From NCBI GenBank assembly GCA_964016885.1, contig OZ024741.1, positions 366,420,001 through 366,484,000 on the forward strand: DNA of 64,000 nucleotides. Reading direction: 5' to 3'. The notes beneath the pieces were generated by a model, which saw nothing but the letters and a program-made list of their open reading frames with translations, was not told the DNA's origin and did no database searches. Made by a program: the position numbers and the translations under genes. Origin of the DNA: Eledone cirrhosa. Taxonomy: Eukaryota. Every line of letters begins with the position of its first letter. Position 1 is the stretch's first letter. Below are positions 27,870 to 43,086 of the stretch, in pieces.

Positions 27870-28165
27870 TTAAATATAGATCCTGACATATTGATCCTTA
27901 TAAGTCAATCCTCATATGTAGATCTTTACATATCTATCATTTGCTATCGCCCATGCATATCTATTTTTACTTATCGATACTTACATATCGATCTTTATTT
28001 ATTGATGTGTACATGTTTACCCTTACATATTATAGATCCTTGCATATTGATTCTTACATATCGATACTTACATAGGAATCCTTACATAACGATCCATGCA
28101 TATATATCTCTACATTTCGATCCTTAGATATTGATCCCTACAGTTAGACCTATACATATCTCTAC
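27870..28165. repeat. degenerate about 20-bp tandem repeat (GATCCTTACATAT-like)
   Basis: Recurrent GATCCTTA/GATACTTACATA units. Confidence 0.6.
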
Positions 28166-29329
28166 CTGTTGTGTTCATTGTTATTGTTGTGGTTGATGAT
28201 GGTTGCGGTGATGTTAGTAGTGATGGTGGTGGTGGCGGCGGTGGTGGTGGTGGTGGTGGTGCTCCTGTTACTGTTGTAGCACACGTTGTGGTTATTGCTG
28301 TTGTTGTATAAAGATCATCCTTCATGACGTAGAGCTATAATTAGAGGGAAGTGTTATAGCTATGACCTTCATGACTACTTTCCAGATACAGTGTATCTAG
28401 ATATGCATAATCCAATATATCCTTCCTGTTTTTAAGAGAGTGAGCATCTTGAAGGTGGGGGACATCATTTCACTACTATATTTAGCAGGTCAAGTGACAT
28501 TGAAAGCCGGGCACCTTCCATTATAAATATTTTGTAGGAGAGTAGGAATATGTTTGAGAGCTATTTGACTGTTATATTTAGCAAGTCAGTTGACCCTCAG
28601 GTTTATCTGTCCACTTTGTCTGTCTCCAGGAGTATCTTACCCAATTTATTCAACTTTTGCTTATGGTCATCAACTATTATTATAGTTGACTGCATTTTCG
28701 CGACTATATTTTTAGACCTTCAGTAAGTTAAAAAAGGAAAATCCCAGAATCTTAATCCCCACATTCCACTATACATGCTAAGTTGTAATAGATTAGAAAT
28801 ATTTTTTTAGGGACTCTTGTCTGTTATATTTAGCAGGGATCAAGTGACCTTCATTAGATTGAGATATGAAAGTCAGAACCGAAAGCCACAGCGTGTAATT
28901 TCCAAACTCTATCCAAGTTCTAGGTATGTGTCCCCATGGCTTTCCAGCTTCGGCAGATATAAGCATTGTACATAAGTATGAAAGCAAATAAACTGTAATA
29001 TCAAATATGCCGTTGCGGGAGAATGTTTGGCTTTTAATTATAATAAACTCGTTACACTGCACACCCCAGGAATAGAGTATCCGGGGTTCGATGAGAAATT
29101 TTATATGGGTCGATAAGAAAATCGGTGTGGGTTTGAATTTCATCGAAGGTGCTATGCTAAGCTGTTTCAAACATTCCTCAGCTTATTACTGGTTCATATC
29201 CCATCTTTGATTAACTAATGAATCATTCATTTTGTAAAGAATACACGTCATTGTATCACATTAAATAAACCGCAAGACGAAATGTGTCAGTGTGAGGCCT
29301 TATTTCTAATGCAATGATCTAAAGTTTGT

Positions 29330-29578
29330 CTTAAGCCAGAAGGCTCTTTAGGCCTGTGTTTAAGCGACTGAGAGTACAAGACTCTCCCCTGGACAGGACG
29401 CCAGTCCATTGCAAGGTTAAATCCCCAGCTATTACTGGTATTTATTTTCAGCTGAGTATACTGGAATAACGTGAAATGAAGTGTTTTCCTCAAGAACACA
29501 ACACGCAATCCAACCCAGGAATCGAACCCACGACATTATGGTCGTGTGTCCGACACCATTACCACTAGACCACGCGTT
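29330..29578 (-). mobile_element. tRNA-derived SINE with Meta/V-like domain
   Basis: Minus strand GGTCTAGTGGTAATGG (A box), GGTTCGATTCC (B box), GCAATGGACTGGCGTCCTGTCCAGGG. Same family as 40560. Confidence 0.8.
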
Positions 29579-30029
29579 TAATTATTTGCATGTTAAAAAT
29601 GTGGTTTTCCTATTTTCATACATTTGTAGATTGATACATTACGAAACACAAACACACAAAAAAAAGCCGCGCGTGGCACGGTATTGCTGCTAGTCCACTC
29701 TGAATATTACATGCTTGTTTCTAAGACATTGATATTAATTTAACGGTGCATCGATGGTGAGATTTAGCGGTTTAAATGTGGGGCGTAAGGATAAAGGCTG
29801 GATTCTCAAATGCAAACCGTTTCGATTTCCTTTTCAATTAAATTGATAAATCCATTAACAAAAATAAAAATGTCTCTTCTCTCCCTTTAACTTGGAGATT
29901 CTCAAGCTTCATGATGCATGACTAAAGTAATCGCTCTACCAGTTACATGTGTGCATCATGTATATATGTGTGTATCCGTGTGTGAGCGTGTCTATATATG
30001 TGTGTGAAACAATTCCTGCACGCTTTATA

Positions 30030-30073
<44 letters not shown>

Positions 30074-30138
30074 CGTCTATGCGGGTGTGAGCGTGTCTAT
30101 ATATATGTGTGTGTGAAGCACTTCCTGTACGCTATACA

Positions 30139-30184
<46 letters not shown>

Positions 30185-30441
30185 CGTATATACCTGTTTG
30201 AGCGTCTCTATATATATGTGCGTGAAGCAATCCCTGTACGATTTATATGCGTGTGTATACATATATATAAGCGTCTGTACGTGTACGTGTGTGACCATGA
30301 CGGCGTTTGTATGTATGTGTCTGTGTGTCCACGTGTACTTATGTATGAGGGTTTCAAATTCAAGGATCCACATATTATTGCGTTGTTGAAATAGAAACAT
30401 TTTCAGCACAATTCAATTAAATTTGTAAGTATGTATGTATT

Positions 30442-30533
<92 letters not shown>

Positions 30534-30621
30534 CACTTACCTGTATATATACATATATATGTACATACATAGATACATATACATTCATTATGGCTGCAAA
30601 TCCATACTTAGAGTATTGTTA

Positions 30622-30652
<31 letters not shown>

Positions 30653-30687
30653 CATACATACATACATACATACATACATACATACAC

Positions 30688-30720
<33 letters not shown>

Positions 30721-31366
30721 TACATACATACATACATAGATACATACATACATATACACACATACACACATACACACACATACACACATACACACATACA
30801 TACATACACACACATACACACACACATACACACATACATACACACATACATACATGCATACATACATACATACATACATACATACATACATACATACATA
30901 CACACACACATACACACATACATACACACATACATACATACACACACACATACACACACACATACATACATACATACATACATACATACATACATACATA
31001 CACACATACACACATACACACATACATACATACAATTTCAATTATATGTTTCAGTTTTCTATTTATCAAAATGGTGCACGGATGTGTGAATAGATGTAGA
31101 AATAGGAAGTATGTACATGTGAGTCAGTGTCGATAAAACAATTTTTACATCAGAGCAGCAACCGTTATGTAAAGGTAATGTAGGTAAGGCGCATTTCAAG
31201 CGTTTTTCCTTCTGGAGATAGCAAAGAAAATGGGATTGTTTATTGCAACCGTTATCTGAAATTAAATCGAATAAAGTCCCATAAATGTACGTTGATTAAA
31301 GAAAGACAAAGCAATAGTAAAACAGAGATAGCGAAGCGAGAACTGTAATGATATATATAAATATAA

Positions 31367-31401
<35 letters not shown>

Positions 31402-31429
31402 ATTATTTATATATAGATATATATATATA

Positions 31430-31475
<46 letters not shown>

Positions 31476-31567
31476 TGTACGTATGTACGTACAGAAATAT
31501 AATTTTATTAAGCATGCATACACTCGTGGAACATTCATATGTTGATAAATATATATACATATATATT

Positions 31568-31599
<32 letters not shown>

Positions 31600-31652
31600 T
31601 GTGTGTGTGGGTGTGTGTGTGTGTGTATACATGTTACATATATCTCACACAA

Positions 31653-31720
<68 letters not shown>

Positions 31721-32106
31721 AGGTATATATATGTGCGTGTCTGTGTGTGTGCATTATATGTGTGAGGCCGTTTCGGATGTCTTTATGTGCATACATATAG
31801 ATATATATAGACATATATATATATATATGTTAAATGTACACAAATCATACATCCATCCGCTTTTACAAGCATTTTAGGATTATATCTGTAAAAGTTTTAC
31901 ACAAGTCGGCATAGGACATATAGTTTTGTACAAACACACACATACAGATACAGATATATACATACATATGTACGCACATACATTCATGCATATACATACA
32001 CACACAAATATTTATATATGTGTATATTTGTGTATTTGTATATTTATATACATATATATATACATACATGCATACACATACATGCATAGACATACACATA
32101 AATATA

Positions 32107-32210
<104 letters not shown>

Positions 32211-32618
32211 CATGAATGTATGTGCGTACATATGTGAAAAGAAGTAGAAATAAAAGGTAAGTACATGTGAGTCAATGTTGATAAAACATGTATATGTATA
32301 TATGTAATACATATGCATATATATATGTGTGTGTATGTGTGTGCATGTATATATACACATATTATGTTACATTATATAGATATTTTACATATTATATGAT
32401 TTCGTACAAGCCAATAAATTCGCTCATTCATAGCTGATAAGAGCATATATACTCACACTTAGTGACAAACGTGGTTGAATACATGGTTGAATACATGTAT
32501 TTAATAGCAGTTGAGCTTGCATGGGACTTGTTCAAGTTTGATGTCAAATAAACACATGCATACACAAAAGCCGATGCTTAAGATTACACATATAAATGGG
32601 AGTACGCGTATGTGTGTT

Positions 32619-32676
<58 letters not shown>

Positions 32677-32879
32677 CATACAAACACATTTGTGTGCAAA
32701 GGAAAGATAAGAGCAATCAACACATAATGTGGAAGTTGAGATTATGTGTATCAGTCGTTTGTTTTAATTTTGCATTACAGAACTGTTTCCTTGACGTAAA
32801 TACAACCAGCCCTTTCAGATGCGATTAAAATATATGATGTTAAAATGAGGATGTTCACCTGGAGTATGATCAACCGGCG

Positions 32880-33240
32880 AAGCTCATCCATTGTTTAGTT
32901 TAGAACATTTGACGTTATAAATGCTATAGGGACGCCAGATCCCTATGTGTGTCGAGGCAGACAACATGGTGCTTAATAGCGCCACATTATCTGCTCTAAT
33001 ATAATTGCTGAGTAGTTGTTTGAAGCAGTGATATGGGTATCTAGTGTCGGTCAAGTGCCAGTGTGTGTGTTCAAAGCTAGGTGGCGTTAACGTGGTCTTT
33101 GTAGGATATTCGATAACAGTGGCTTCAAGTTCACTGACAAGATGTTTCTCCTGTGATTGCTAAGTCAGTTTTTCTGCTGGTGAACCTCGCAAGTTGGTGT
33201 AATATATGCAGTCACTCGTGGAAGCAAAGCGGACATTTAT
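32880..33240 (-). pseudogene. possible very old LINE RT remnant
   Basis: Minus strand FASTSDCIY...ILQR...DTHRDL fragments weakly resemble FADDCxxY...LQxDL...xRDLGV. Confidence 0.3.
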
Positions 33241-33598
33241 TGGTCTCCTGGGCGGTAAGACAGGCCCATCAAGGATAAGCCATTTTGCATCGTTGGTCAC
33301 AGAACCTCACATGAAACGGAACAAAGTGGATTCGTTTCCTTGCTCCAGCACACGGAATTCATGTGCTGGGTAAACCCTCCATTAAAATCATTAGCTGTTA
33401 TATCAGTTTAGTTCCACTGGATACAATCTGGTTACGAAGGATGCCACCAAATGAAAATGATCAGTGTTTCATCAGTAACAGGTTGGTGGAGTGTATGGAC
33501 AGGTTTCTTTTTCGGTTGTAAAGTACTGTGTTAGAAGCGATGCTAACCTTAACATTGTGAATGCTTATATATATATATATATATATATATGTGGGGGG

Positions 33599-33681
<83 letters not shown>

Positions 33682-34228
33682 TGCGTGTGTGTGTGTGTTT
33701 TCGTTGAGTTTTGATTTATAGACACAACAATATTTACTAGGAATAATTGTATACTCTCTGAAATGTTTCAAACATGAAAGAAGACACGTATAAGGAGCCG
33801 AAGACAAGGCCTTCAGTTATATGTAATTCCATCAGCCACGCTTTAGCAGTACCATCTTACATCTTTAAAGGCATACACGTCTGTTGCTACGTTGAAAATA
33901 TGTTTTAGTCGAATGCACACGGCTGCAGATCCTAATAAACGTCGCTCCATTCAAATCCCATGCTACGTGCGGTCTTTCCACCTTTTTTCTGTCTTCAGGA
34001 CTACTTTACCCTATATTCTTAACTATTATTTATAATGATAGACTATTATTATAGTCATTTACGTTAGGACCCCTACATTTCAAATAAATACTTTTTCAAA
34101 TGTTTCTTAATGTTCACAGTCTTGCTAGACGCTTATATAGAAGATGGCTATTGTTGGAACAACAATTTCAAATTTCAAAGTTTACCAATGTTACTTAAGT
34201 TAACCGGATGTTTATGTATCTGTATGTA

Positions 34229-34299
<71 letters not shown>

Positions 34300-34456
34300 C
34301 AAGTAAGTATGTTTTGAAACAGTAAGCAGGTTTGAAATTAGAAAATAGAATAGCTTTCACCGTATTTTTCAACTAAAGAAATTTTAGTCTGATAATGGGG
34401 TTTAGAACCCTCAGATAAATGGAAAAAGTTGAGTATTGACGTACATATATGTATGC

Positions 34457-34506
<50 letters not shown>

Positions 34507-34603
34507 ATATATACACATATATACACATGCATACATACATACATACATGGATACATACATACATACATACATACATACATACATACATACATACATACAT
34601 ACA

Positions 34604-34639
<36 letters not shown>

Positions 34640-34989
34640 CGCATTAACTAGCTTAATTCTTAAGTATTTATCAGGAATAATCTAATTTCTCTTTACTTTT
34701 TTATCCCCCAATACGCGTTCCTGATTCCACTATACTTTATAAGAATACATACTTTGATATTATCAAATCTTTATCTCTCCAATCTCATTTCTTGATGGTA
34801 GAATGGATCAATACTTATCCATTTACCACCTACAATCACACAAACTCTCTATTTCCCTTTTAGTCTTAAACCCCTTTATAGACTCTTTTGAACCCACTAT
34901 GATATATATTATAATACTCTATATAAGTTTTTATTTTCAACTCTTTAACTTTCTATATTGATTTCTATACTAGTGCATCATACTTTCTT

Positions 34990-35166
34990 TGGCAGTATCG
35001 GTAGAGGATCGGACGCCATGCTTTGCAGCATAGAGTTATGGCCCTTTATGGTCTGAATTCAAATGCCGCTGAGATTAACTTTGCCTTTCATTCTTACTGG
35101 ATCTATAAAATAAAGTACCAGTAATACACTGGAATAATTGCTGGCCTTGTGCCAAAAGTAGAAAGA
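34990..35166 (+). mobile_element. tRNA-derived SINE (3008 family)
   Basis: TGGCAGTATCGGTAGAGG...GGCCTTGTGCCAAAAGTAGAAA matches 3008-3195. Confidence 0.85.
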
Positions 35167-35372
35167 CTTATCTAAGTCCTTCATCTCATATATGTATATA
35201 GAGAGAAGGGGGAGGGAGAAGAGATAGAGGGACAGAGAGAAAGAAGTACTAGTTCCTACAATTAAGAATTCGTAGTTGTGTGCATTAATATACCTACTAA
35301 AATACTATAATTGGAGTATTGGGGGCCTTACTTTAATTGTGGTTCTTTTCTAGGAGGGTATTAACAGAATAT

Positions 35373-35905
<533 letters not shown>

Positions 35906-35906
35906 C

Positions 35907-35941
<35 letters not shown>

Positions 35942-35994
35942 CATATATATATATTAACATATATATATATATATTTACATATATATATCTATAT

Positions 35995-36230
35995 AACAAA
36001 GGAATTGTGGTAAGGAACCAGATGGACCATAACGCACCAGAGTACTCAATACTTAGGGTAGTAGAGTGGGAAATAGGAAAAAGTAAGACCCTGACGGCAG
36101 AGCTCAAGCCGTTTGGACGGCTATTTCTGGACTAAATTAGAATTTTTAGCCAGGCTAAAAATTCTAATTTAGTCCAGAAATAGCCGTCGAAACGGCTTGA
36201 GCTCTGCTGTCAGTGTCTTACTTTTTCCTA
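35995..36230. mobile_element. fold-back family F element in (TA)n
   Basis: Near-perfect palindrome centred at about 36151 (arms 36073-36150 and 36152-36230) plus a 78-bp one-sided extension. Homologue at 48668-48855 in the opposite orientation. Confidence 0.85.
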
Positions 36231-36305
36231 TATATATATATATATATATACGTGGAGAAATATATAAAGGAGAACAAACCGTTAAAACATGTTTATTTAA
36301 AATAG

Positions 36306-36344
36306 CACCGACGTACGTTTCGCCCAAAAGGGCTTCTCAAGGGC
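36306..36344 (-). ncRNA. hammerhead-like motif with variant core (CTTGAGAA)
   Basis: GCC-CTTGAGAA-GCCC-TTTT-GGGC-GAAAC-GTAC-GTC-GGT: perfect stem II, palindromic loop III, GUC site; non-canonical 5' core. Confidence 0.55.
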
Positions 36345-36416
36345 ATAAAAGACTAAAAAGCGTTCCTTACATGACACGGAATGGGTTATATTTATATTTA
36401 TATATACATATATTCG

Positions 36417-36447
<31 letters not shown>

Positions 36448-36534
36448 ATGTGTATCATCAGTCCCTTGACTTCTATAGTCGTCGGGGGAATCCTACTGCA
36501 GAAGCAGCACATATATACATATACACACATTCAG

Positions 36535-36569
<35 letters not shown>

Positions 36570-36613
36570 TACATAGATAAACATATATATATATATGTAT
36601 ATATATATATATG

Positions 36614-36679
<66 letters not shown>

Positions 36680-36743
36680 TAAACATATATATACATACAT
36701 ATATAGACATATATATATATGTATATATGTATATGTATATATG

Positions 36744-36811
<68 letters not shown>

Positions 36812-36829
36812 TACATACATACATTCACA

Positions 36830-37689
36830 CCGGCTGGGACTTAGCCCAGTAGACGTCCCTCCTCCTTCTCCCCCTGTTGACGTCAAGTCCCCCCCCCCCA
36901 CGCAGTTGTGATGCCATCCAGTGCAGCCTGGCCTCAGACAAGCTCACGCGCCAGCTCGACTAGCTCCGCCTTGCTTGTTTTCATGCGGCCTCCAAACCCC
37001 ACAGTGGTGCCTGGCTCCATGCCCTGCCCTCCTTCTGCACCGGCACGCATCTAGACAATCATAGCCTGCGCATCGGCGTTTCCCTTAGGCTCGGCCTCCG
37101 GATCTGCCAGCCACACCAATGTCGCTGCGGTTCCACCGTGGACTCTTTCAGCCTCCACCCGCTTTCCTGTCGCCACAGTGACGGCCGCATTCCACGCCAT
37201 GCTGCCCTCAACGAGGTCATTAAGCATGGCTTGGACGCTGCAGGCTTCCCTTCCCAGCTCGAGCCGGTGGGGCTGGATCGAGGGGACGGTAAAAGGCCGG
37301 ATGGCATGACCATCTTCCCGTTCCGCAGTGGAAAACCCCTCGTCTGGGATGCCACTTGCACCGACACTTTCTGCAGCCGCAACCTGGTGCAGTCTGCGAC
37401 TGACCCAGGTTCTGCTGCACGTCTGGCTGAGGGGGCCAAACTGCTCAAATACCGGTCGCCCTCCGACAGGTTTGCGGTTGTACCCCTGGCAGTGGAGACT
37501 TCTGGTGTCCTCCGCTCCAGGGCTACCTCCTTACTCACCACAATAGGCGCTGAGCTGGCCAGCCGCAGGTGTGAGCCCCGCGAGTTGGAGTGGCTCTTTC
37601 AGCGCGTCTCCCTTGCCGTCCCCCGGGGAAACGCCTTCTCCATTCTGTCCGCCGGGGCTGTGGGTGGGCCCCATCACGTACCGTTGTAG
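36830..37689 (+). pseudogene. CRE-clade LINE fragment (zinc finger + restriction-like endonuclease)
   Basis: SGAWLHALP..LRLGLRICQPHQCRCG..HPLSC..RH..KRPDG..WDATC..AVETSG..QRVSLAVPRGNA. Confidence 0.85.
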
Positions 37690-38254
37690 TTGTTGTAGAA
37701 GAAACAGGAAGACAACAACTGGAAAGTTTGATTTTCTACTTTATCATTTACAATAGTAACAACTATAAACACACACGAGTAGAAGGCAGTGAGTTTTTTC
37801 ATCGGTAACCATTTTAGGCTGAGTAAATCGTAAGTCGTACTGTTTGTAATCACAAGGTATTTCATATATTTCTCTCCTTCGGTGATATACAGACGATACC
37901 AAGGAAAGACGACTATTACAATAGTCAATTTTAGTGTGATCAAAGATAAGGAATATATGCTGATATTTCTTATATTACGTAGATCAAAGTAAGACTGATG
38001 GATCATTTGTTTGATATATAGGTTGAAAGTCAGATATTTGTCCAATATAACACCAACAGACTTTCGTTTCTTGAGAGATTAGTATGTTTGAACCGAAGAG
38101 AATAGAGACATATGGTTGTGGTTTTGAAGTATTTCCTTTGATATGATATGATATCGGAAATGGTAGCTGTTGTGTGTGTATGTATATTATATATATATAT
38201 ATATATGTGTATTTGTGTGTGACTTTTTGTGTGGGTGTATTTATATATGTATAT

Positions 38255-38383
<129 letters not shown>

Positions 38384-38440
38384 TTTAAACTGTTATTTTA
38401 ATAAATATATATATGTAATATTTCTTACACACACACACAT

Positions 38441-38524
<84 letters not shown>

Positions 38525-38807
38525 GTGTGTAATATTTCTTACACACACACACATATATATAGGTTCAGCCCTTCATGATAAATCATTACTCTTTACTTCA
38601 TAAAATCATTTTCAATGGAACAAGATGTCTTACTTCAAATATTTTGTGAAAACTAATCTATAACTCCTACCTCCTTGTTACACAAAACCATGCACAACTG
38701 TATTCTATATTCACTCCATCCCCTCATCTAACTTCATCCGGTTATCACTCAATGGCAACAGGATCATTATTGTGAAGTCTAGGGGCTCCTAATTACTAAA
38801 TATGAAT

Positions 38808-39420
38808 GTTCATGGCTTAAAGGTTATAGTGTTCAGTTCACCATCTTAAAGCTGTGTGATCGATTCCCTGTGTCACCTCATAGCCTTGAACAAAGTCCTG
38901 GCAAAAATGAGTTATATACTAGATTCAACGGGCAAGCTTTGTCACACATTGTGTCAAGCTGAATCTCGTTGACACGAGTTGGAATGGCTCTTCCAGCGCA
39001 TCCCCCCTTACCATCCTGCAGAGAAACGCCTTCTCCATTCTGTCCGCCGGGGCTGTGGGGAGGCCAGCACCTGGGACCCCATTTTCTCACCATACAGAGA
39101 GATGGGGAGGGCTAGAGAGATGAGGGAGATGACAGTGGGAGTTCGGCTCTTCCACGTTCGGACCATATCCTTGTGGTTACGCTCTCACTAATTCTAACCC
39201 AACTCTAACTACTCCTGAGAGAGACATAAAGTTCAAATCCATATATGTTTACTAATAAGATAGTGACAGTGATGAGTATAAGAACCTATTCATATATCTA
39301 CTACTTTAAGTGTTCACGTGTCTGTGAAAAGCTCAACCACACATTCGTTAGATTCCCCGAAGATACTGCTCTGATAATCAAACAACTGGTAAATAGTCGT
39401 CGTCGAAAATGACGGAGGTT
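38808..39420 (+). mobile_element. CORE/Meta-type SINE split by a CRE 3' fragment (about 38975-39190)
   Basis: SINE 5' half ends GCTGAATCTC at about 38967; the 3' half resumes at about 39300 (TTAAGTGTTCACGTGTCTGTG). The insert matches the CRE 3' end. Confidence 0.65.
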
Positions 39421-39784
39421 CTATAGTTATAGTGATGTGTTTGTATTGAATTTAGTTAAAGAAATCAATAAACAAATTTTGATATATAATATTGTTGTTA
39501 TTGAAATTGTAAAACCGAAAAACAAACCAGCAAGGAAGGAATAGTTATTACTTTCAAGGAATATTTCAGACGTTAAAATCTAACTTAATATTTTTCAAAT
39601 TTCTTATTCCCACTGCGTTCCTATATTTTTATTTTTTTATTTTATATATTTTTTTTTTATTATTATCTTCATTTTTATTTTTTATTTTTTGTCATGTTTT
39701 CCTCAAATTCAATATCCTAAGTTATTTCCGTTCAGCATTTCTACTTAATTAAACTAATTCTTTAGTGTAACTCATCGAACCTCT

Positions 39785-40240
39785 ATCACCACCACTAGCA
39801 TAGCACCATCATCGCCACCGTCTCATCCACTACCTGCCAACAACAACAATATTACCACCACCACCACTATCACAACAACCAGCGCCACTCCTACAACCAG
39901 CCCACCACTTTAACAACCACCACCACCACTCACACAACTACTACCACTCTAACAACAACCACCTCTCCAACAACCACCACAACTCCCACAATCACCACCA
40001 CTCCAGCAACCACCACCACCACCACCACACCTACAACCAGCACCACTTCAACAACAACTACCACCACCTCTGCCACAACCACCACCACCACCACCACCAC
40101 TACAAAAACCACCAGCACACCAACTACCACCACCACTCCCCTCCCACAACAATCACCACCACACCTACAACAACCACCACTCCAACAACAACCACCACCA
40201 CAACCACACCTACAACCACCACCACTCCCACAACAACCAT
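39785..40240. repeat. degenerate (ACC/AAC)n microsatellite
   Basis: Read directly. Confidence 0.9.
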
Positions 40241-40559
40241 CATTGTTTCCACCAGATTTCATATATTCAATCTTAAACAATATTCATCAATTTACTTTTT
40301 TACCATTAAAAAAAGAAAAATCACTAAGTTTCACCATTTTCTTGTGTACTACGAAACTACCCCCACCACACGCACATACACATACACACATAGTCATTTA
40401 TGCGCATACACATACATAGGACCACAAAGAAACGAAAAGACAAACGCATGTATATACACATATATGCATACAGACAAATAAACGCTCAACACACACATGG
40501 GAACATGCAAATATTTATACATACGAGGACATACTGTACATGTATATATCTAAAATCTG

Positions 40560-40828
40560 TCTTAAGCCAGAAAGCTCATTTGGTCGGTGCTTATCCCGGT
40601 TTCATGGCGTGAAGCGACTGAGAGTATAAGACTCCGGCCTGGACAGGACGCCAGTCCATCGCAAGGTTAAACCCCCAGCTATTGCTGGTACTCATGTTTA
40701 GCTGAATATACTGGAGCAACGTGAAATGAAGTGTTTCGCTCAAGAACACAACACGCAACCCAGGAATCGAGCCCACGATGTTATGATCGTAAGTCCAACA
40801 CCCTTACCACTAGGCAACGTGCCTCCAC
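40560..40828 (-). mobile_element. tRNA-derived SINE with Meta/V-like domain
   Basis: Minus strand GTGGAGGCACGTTGCCTAGTGGTAAGG ... GCTCGATTCC ... GCGATGGACTGGCGTCCTGTCCAGG ... CTGGCTTAAG. Confidence 0.85.
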
Positions 40829-40864
40829 ATATATGTATAAATACATATACATATTTATATATCG

Positions 40865-41288
40865 AAAATTAATTTTATTAAATTAAATTAAGGAAGTCAT
40901 GTCCGAGACATGCGCCATATCCACCGTAGAATAAGCTCAAAGATTCCAATGAATAGATCCGAGCATTATATATCAACTAGAAATTGATTGACATATATAT
41001 ATATATTTAAAATAAACACATGAAACAATCACAGGGGATAATTTGTAAAGTGTGTAATCACACATAGCTAGGAAGGTAACTAATTAAAGTTTAACTAGAG
41101 CTTCAAATATTACCTTTTAAAAAATGATTAATCCTCCTTTTTAAAAGGTAATATTTGAAGCTCTAATTAAACTTTAATTAGTTACCTACCTAGCTATGTG
41201 TGATTACACACTTTAAAAATTATCCCCTGTGATTGTTTCATGTGTTTATTTTAAATATATATATGTCAATCAATTTCTAGTTGATATA
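40865..41288. mobile_element. fold-back family E element
   Basis: Arms 40968-41122 and 41138-41288 plus an about 100-bp one-sided extension containing GACATGCGCCATAT. Confidence 0.85.
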
Positions 41289-42590
41289 CATATTTATATT
41301 GACAGACATACCAATAAATAACACAAACACACACACACACTTGCATAAACACACAAGTATACACTAGCATATAAACAAACACTCACAAGCACACAGAGAA
41401 TACATGTATGTGCTCACTAGAATCGCTAAATATAGAACAAGGTAGTTTGGGTATTTTATACTTTAAATAAAGATGCGGTAGTCACGCCTGGAATGACTTT
41501 CTGCTAAAAAAAACATTCAGGGCTGACACAGTGTTACGTAACAACTACAACCATAATAACCACCCACACCAACACACACTCACAAACATACACACACAAA
41601 CATACGCATACATCACACATCTAAACTAATCTAATCTGGCCGAGTTTAAACTCGCAAAGAAGAACCAGGGCCGCCCCTAGGAACATTGGATTTGGTGTAC
41701 ATCATATTTGTTTCGGTTGCTGAATACAATCAAGGGTCGCTTTTTCTCCTGAAAGTCAATAGTTCTCTTCTAACTCAAGCGGGAGCGCCTTTCAATCGTC
41801 AATTTGCATTGAACAACTGCAAAGCCGCATTGTTCTCAGAACCTCTACACCAGTCTTTCGATGTGTGCAGCTGTAACTACTGCCACCCATTGGTTTGGCA
41901 GGATTTTTTTTTCTTTTAGATGGCAGTTGACTCTTATGAGTTCTTCCGCCTTTTGTCAGGTTTTGTTTTTTGTCCTGCAGGATGTCCAAAATCATCCTCC
42001 TCACCAAGTAAACTTGGTAGCGTTGCCGGTTTAGTCGCCGACGGCCCGACCATGCGACAATAGCACTCAAGAGTGACCTGACAACAATCACACATGAAAA
42101 ATGCATAACTTCTAACACGGACCAACTAGTAATTCTAGATGGGTTTTGATGTTGCTGTTGTTGTTGTTTATGCAAATCATTTTATTTAATTTGTTTAAGC
42201 CCTTAACTCATTTGAAATGAAAACTCACTAAACCCCACCTGGTTCTGCGATACAAAACTGTTTGTTTTCAGATGTATATATTTATATAAAAACTTTACAT
42301 CATAATTAACCTTCGTACAGTTATGTTCCATATACCAATTTTAAAAAGTATTGTTTGTTTTGTTTTTATTTAGGCACAAGGCCAGAAATTTATGTACGGA
42401 CAAAATCGATTATGTCAACCATATTTATTGTCGATATATATTATATATATATACAGCGACAATAAATAGGGTCGACATAATCGATTTCATATATATATAT
42501 AAGCATGTGTGTGTGTTTGTATATATATATATATATATATATATTAAAATTCAAATATTAATAAAATAGATGTTCTTGTGATCAATTAAA

Positions 42591-42654
42591 TTTTATTATA
42601 CATATTTCAGAGGTACTTGAATCAGGTTCAACAGTACGTCCTCATCAGATAAAA
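42591..42654 (-). ncRNA. minimal type I hammerhead ribozyme motif
   Basis: TTTTAT-CTGATGA-GGACGTACTGTTGAACCTGATTCAAGTACCTCT-GAAAT-ATGT-ATA-ATAAAA: 6-bp stem I, canonical core. In an about 180-bp insert between two (TA)n tracts. Confidence 0.75.
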
Positions 42655-42714
42655 TAAAATGATACATGACATACCCATCATTCTTTGATGTAATCATTGA
42701 ATCTTGTTAAACTC

Positions 42715-42859
<145 letters not shown>

Positions 42860-43024
42860 CTTTAGCAAGGACGGAAGCGACCCAAACCATGCAATCGTAA
42901 AACAGCATGCAGGAGGGAGTCTGAAAGAAAGGACAATTAAACCGAAAAAGAAAAGTTTTGAAAGCCTAAAAACGGGGAAAGCAAACTTCACTAACATCAA
43001 TTTGTTTGTACATGTTATAAAGAT

Positions 43025-43086
<62 letters not shown>

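Noticed and set aside
28793-29170. 125-aa minus-strand ORF as a host gene exon
   Set aside because: No recognisable domain, non-ATG start, no supporting splice structure.
29150-29190. Hammerhead-like CTGAGGA...GAAACAGCT on the minus strand
   Set aside because: No stem II, no valid NUH site with stem I pairing, and no (TA)n or fold-back context.
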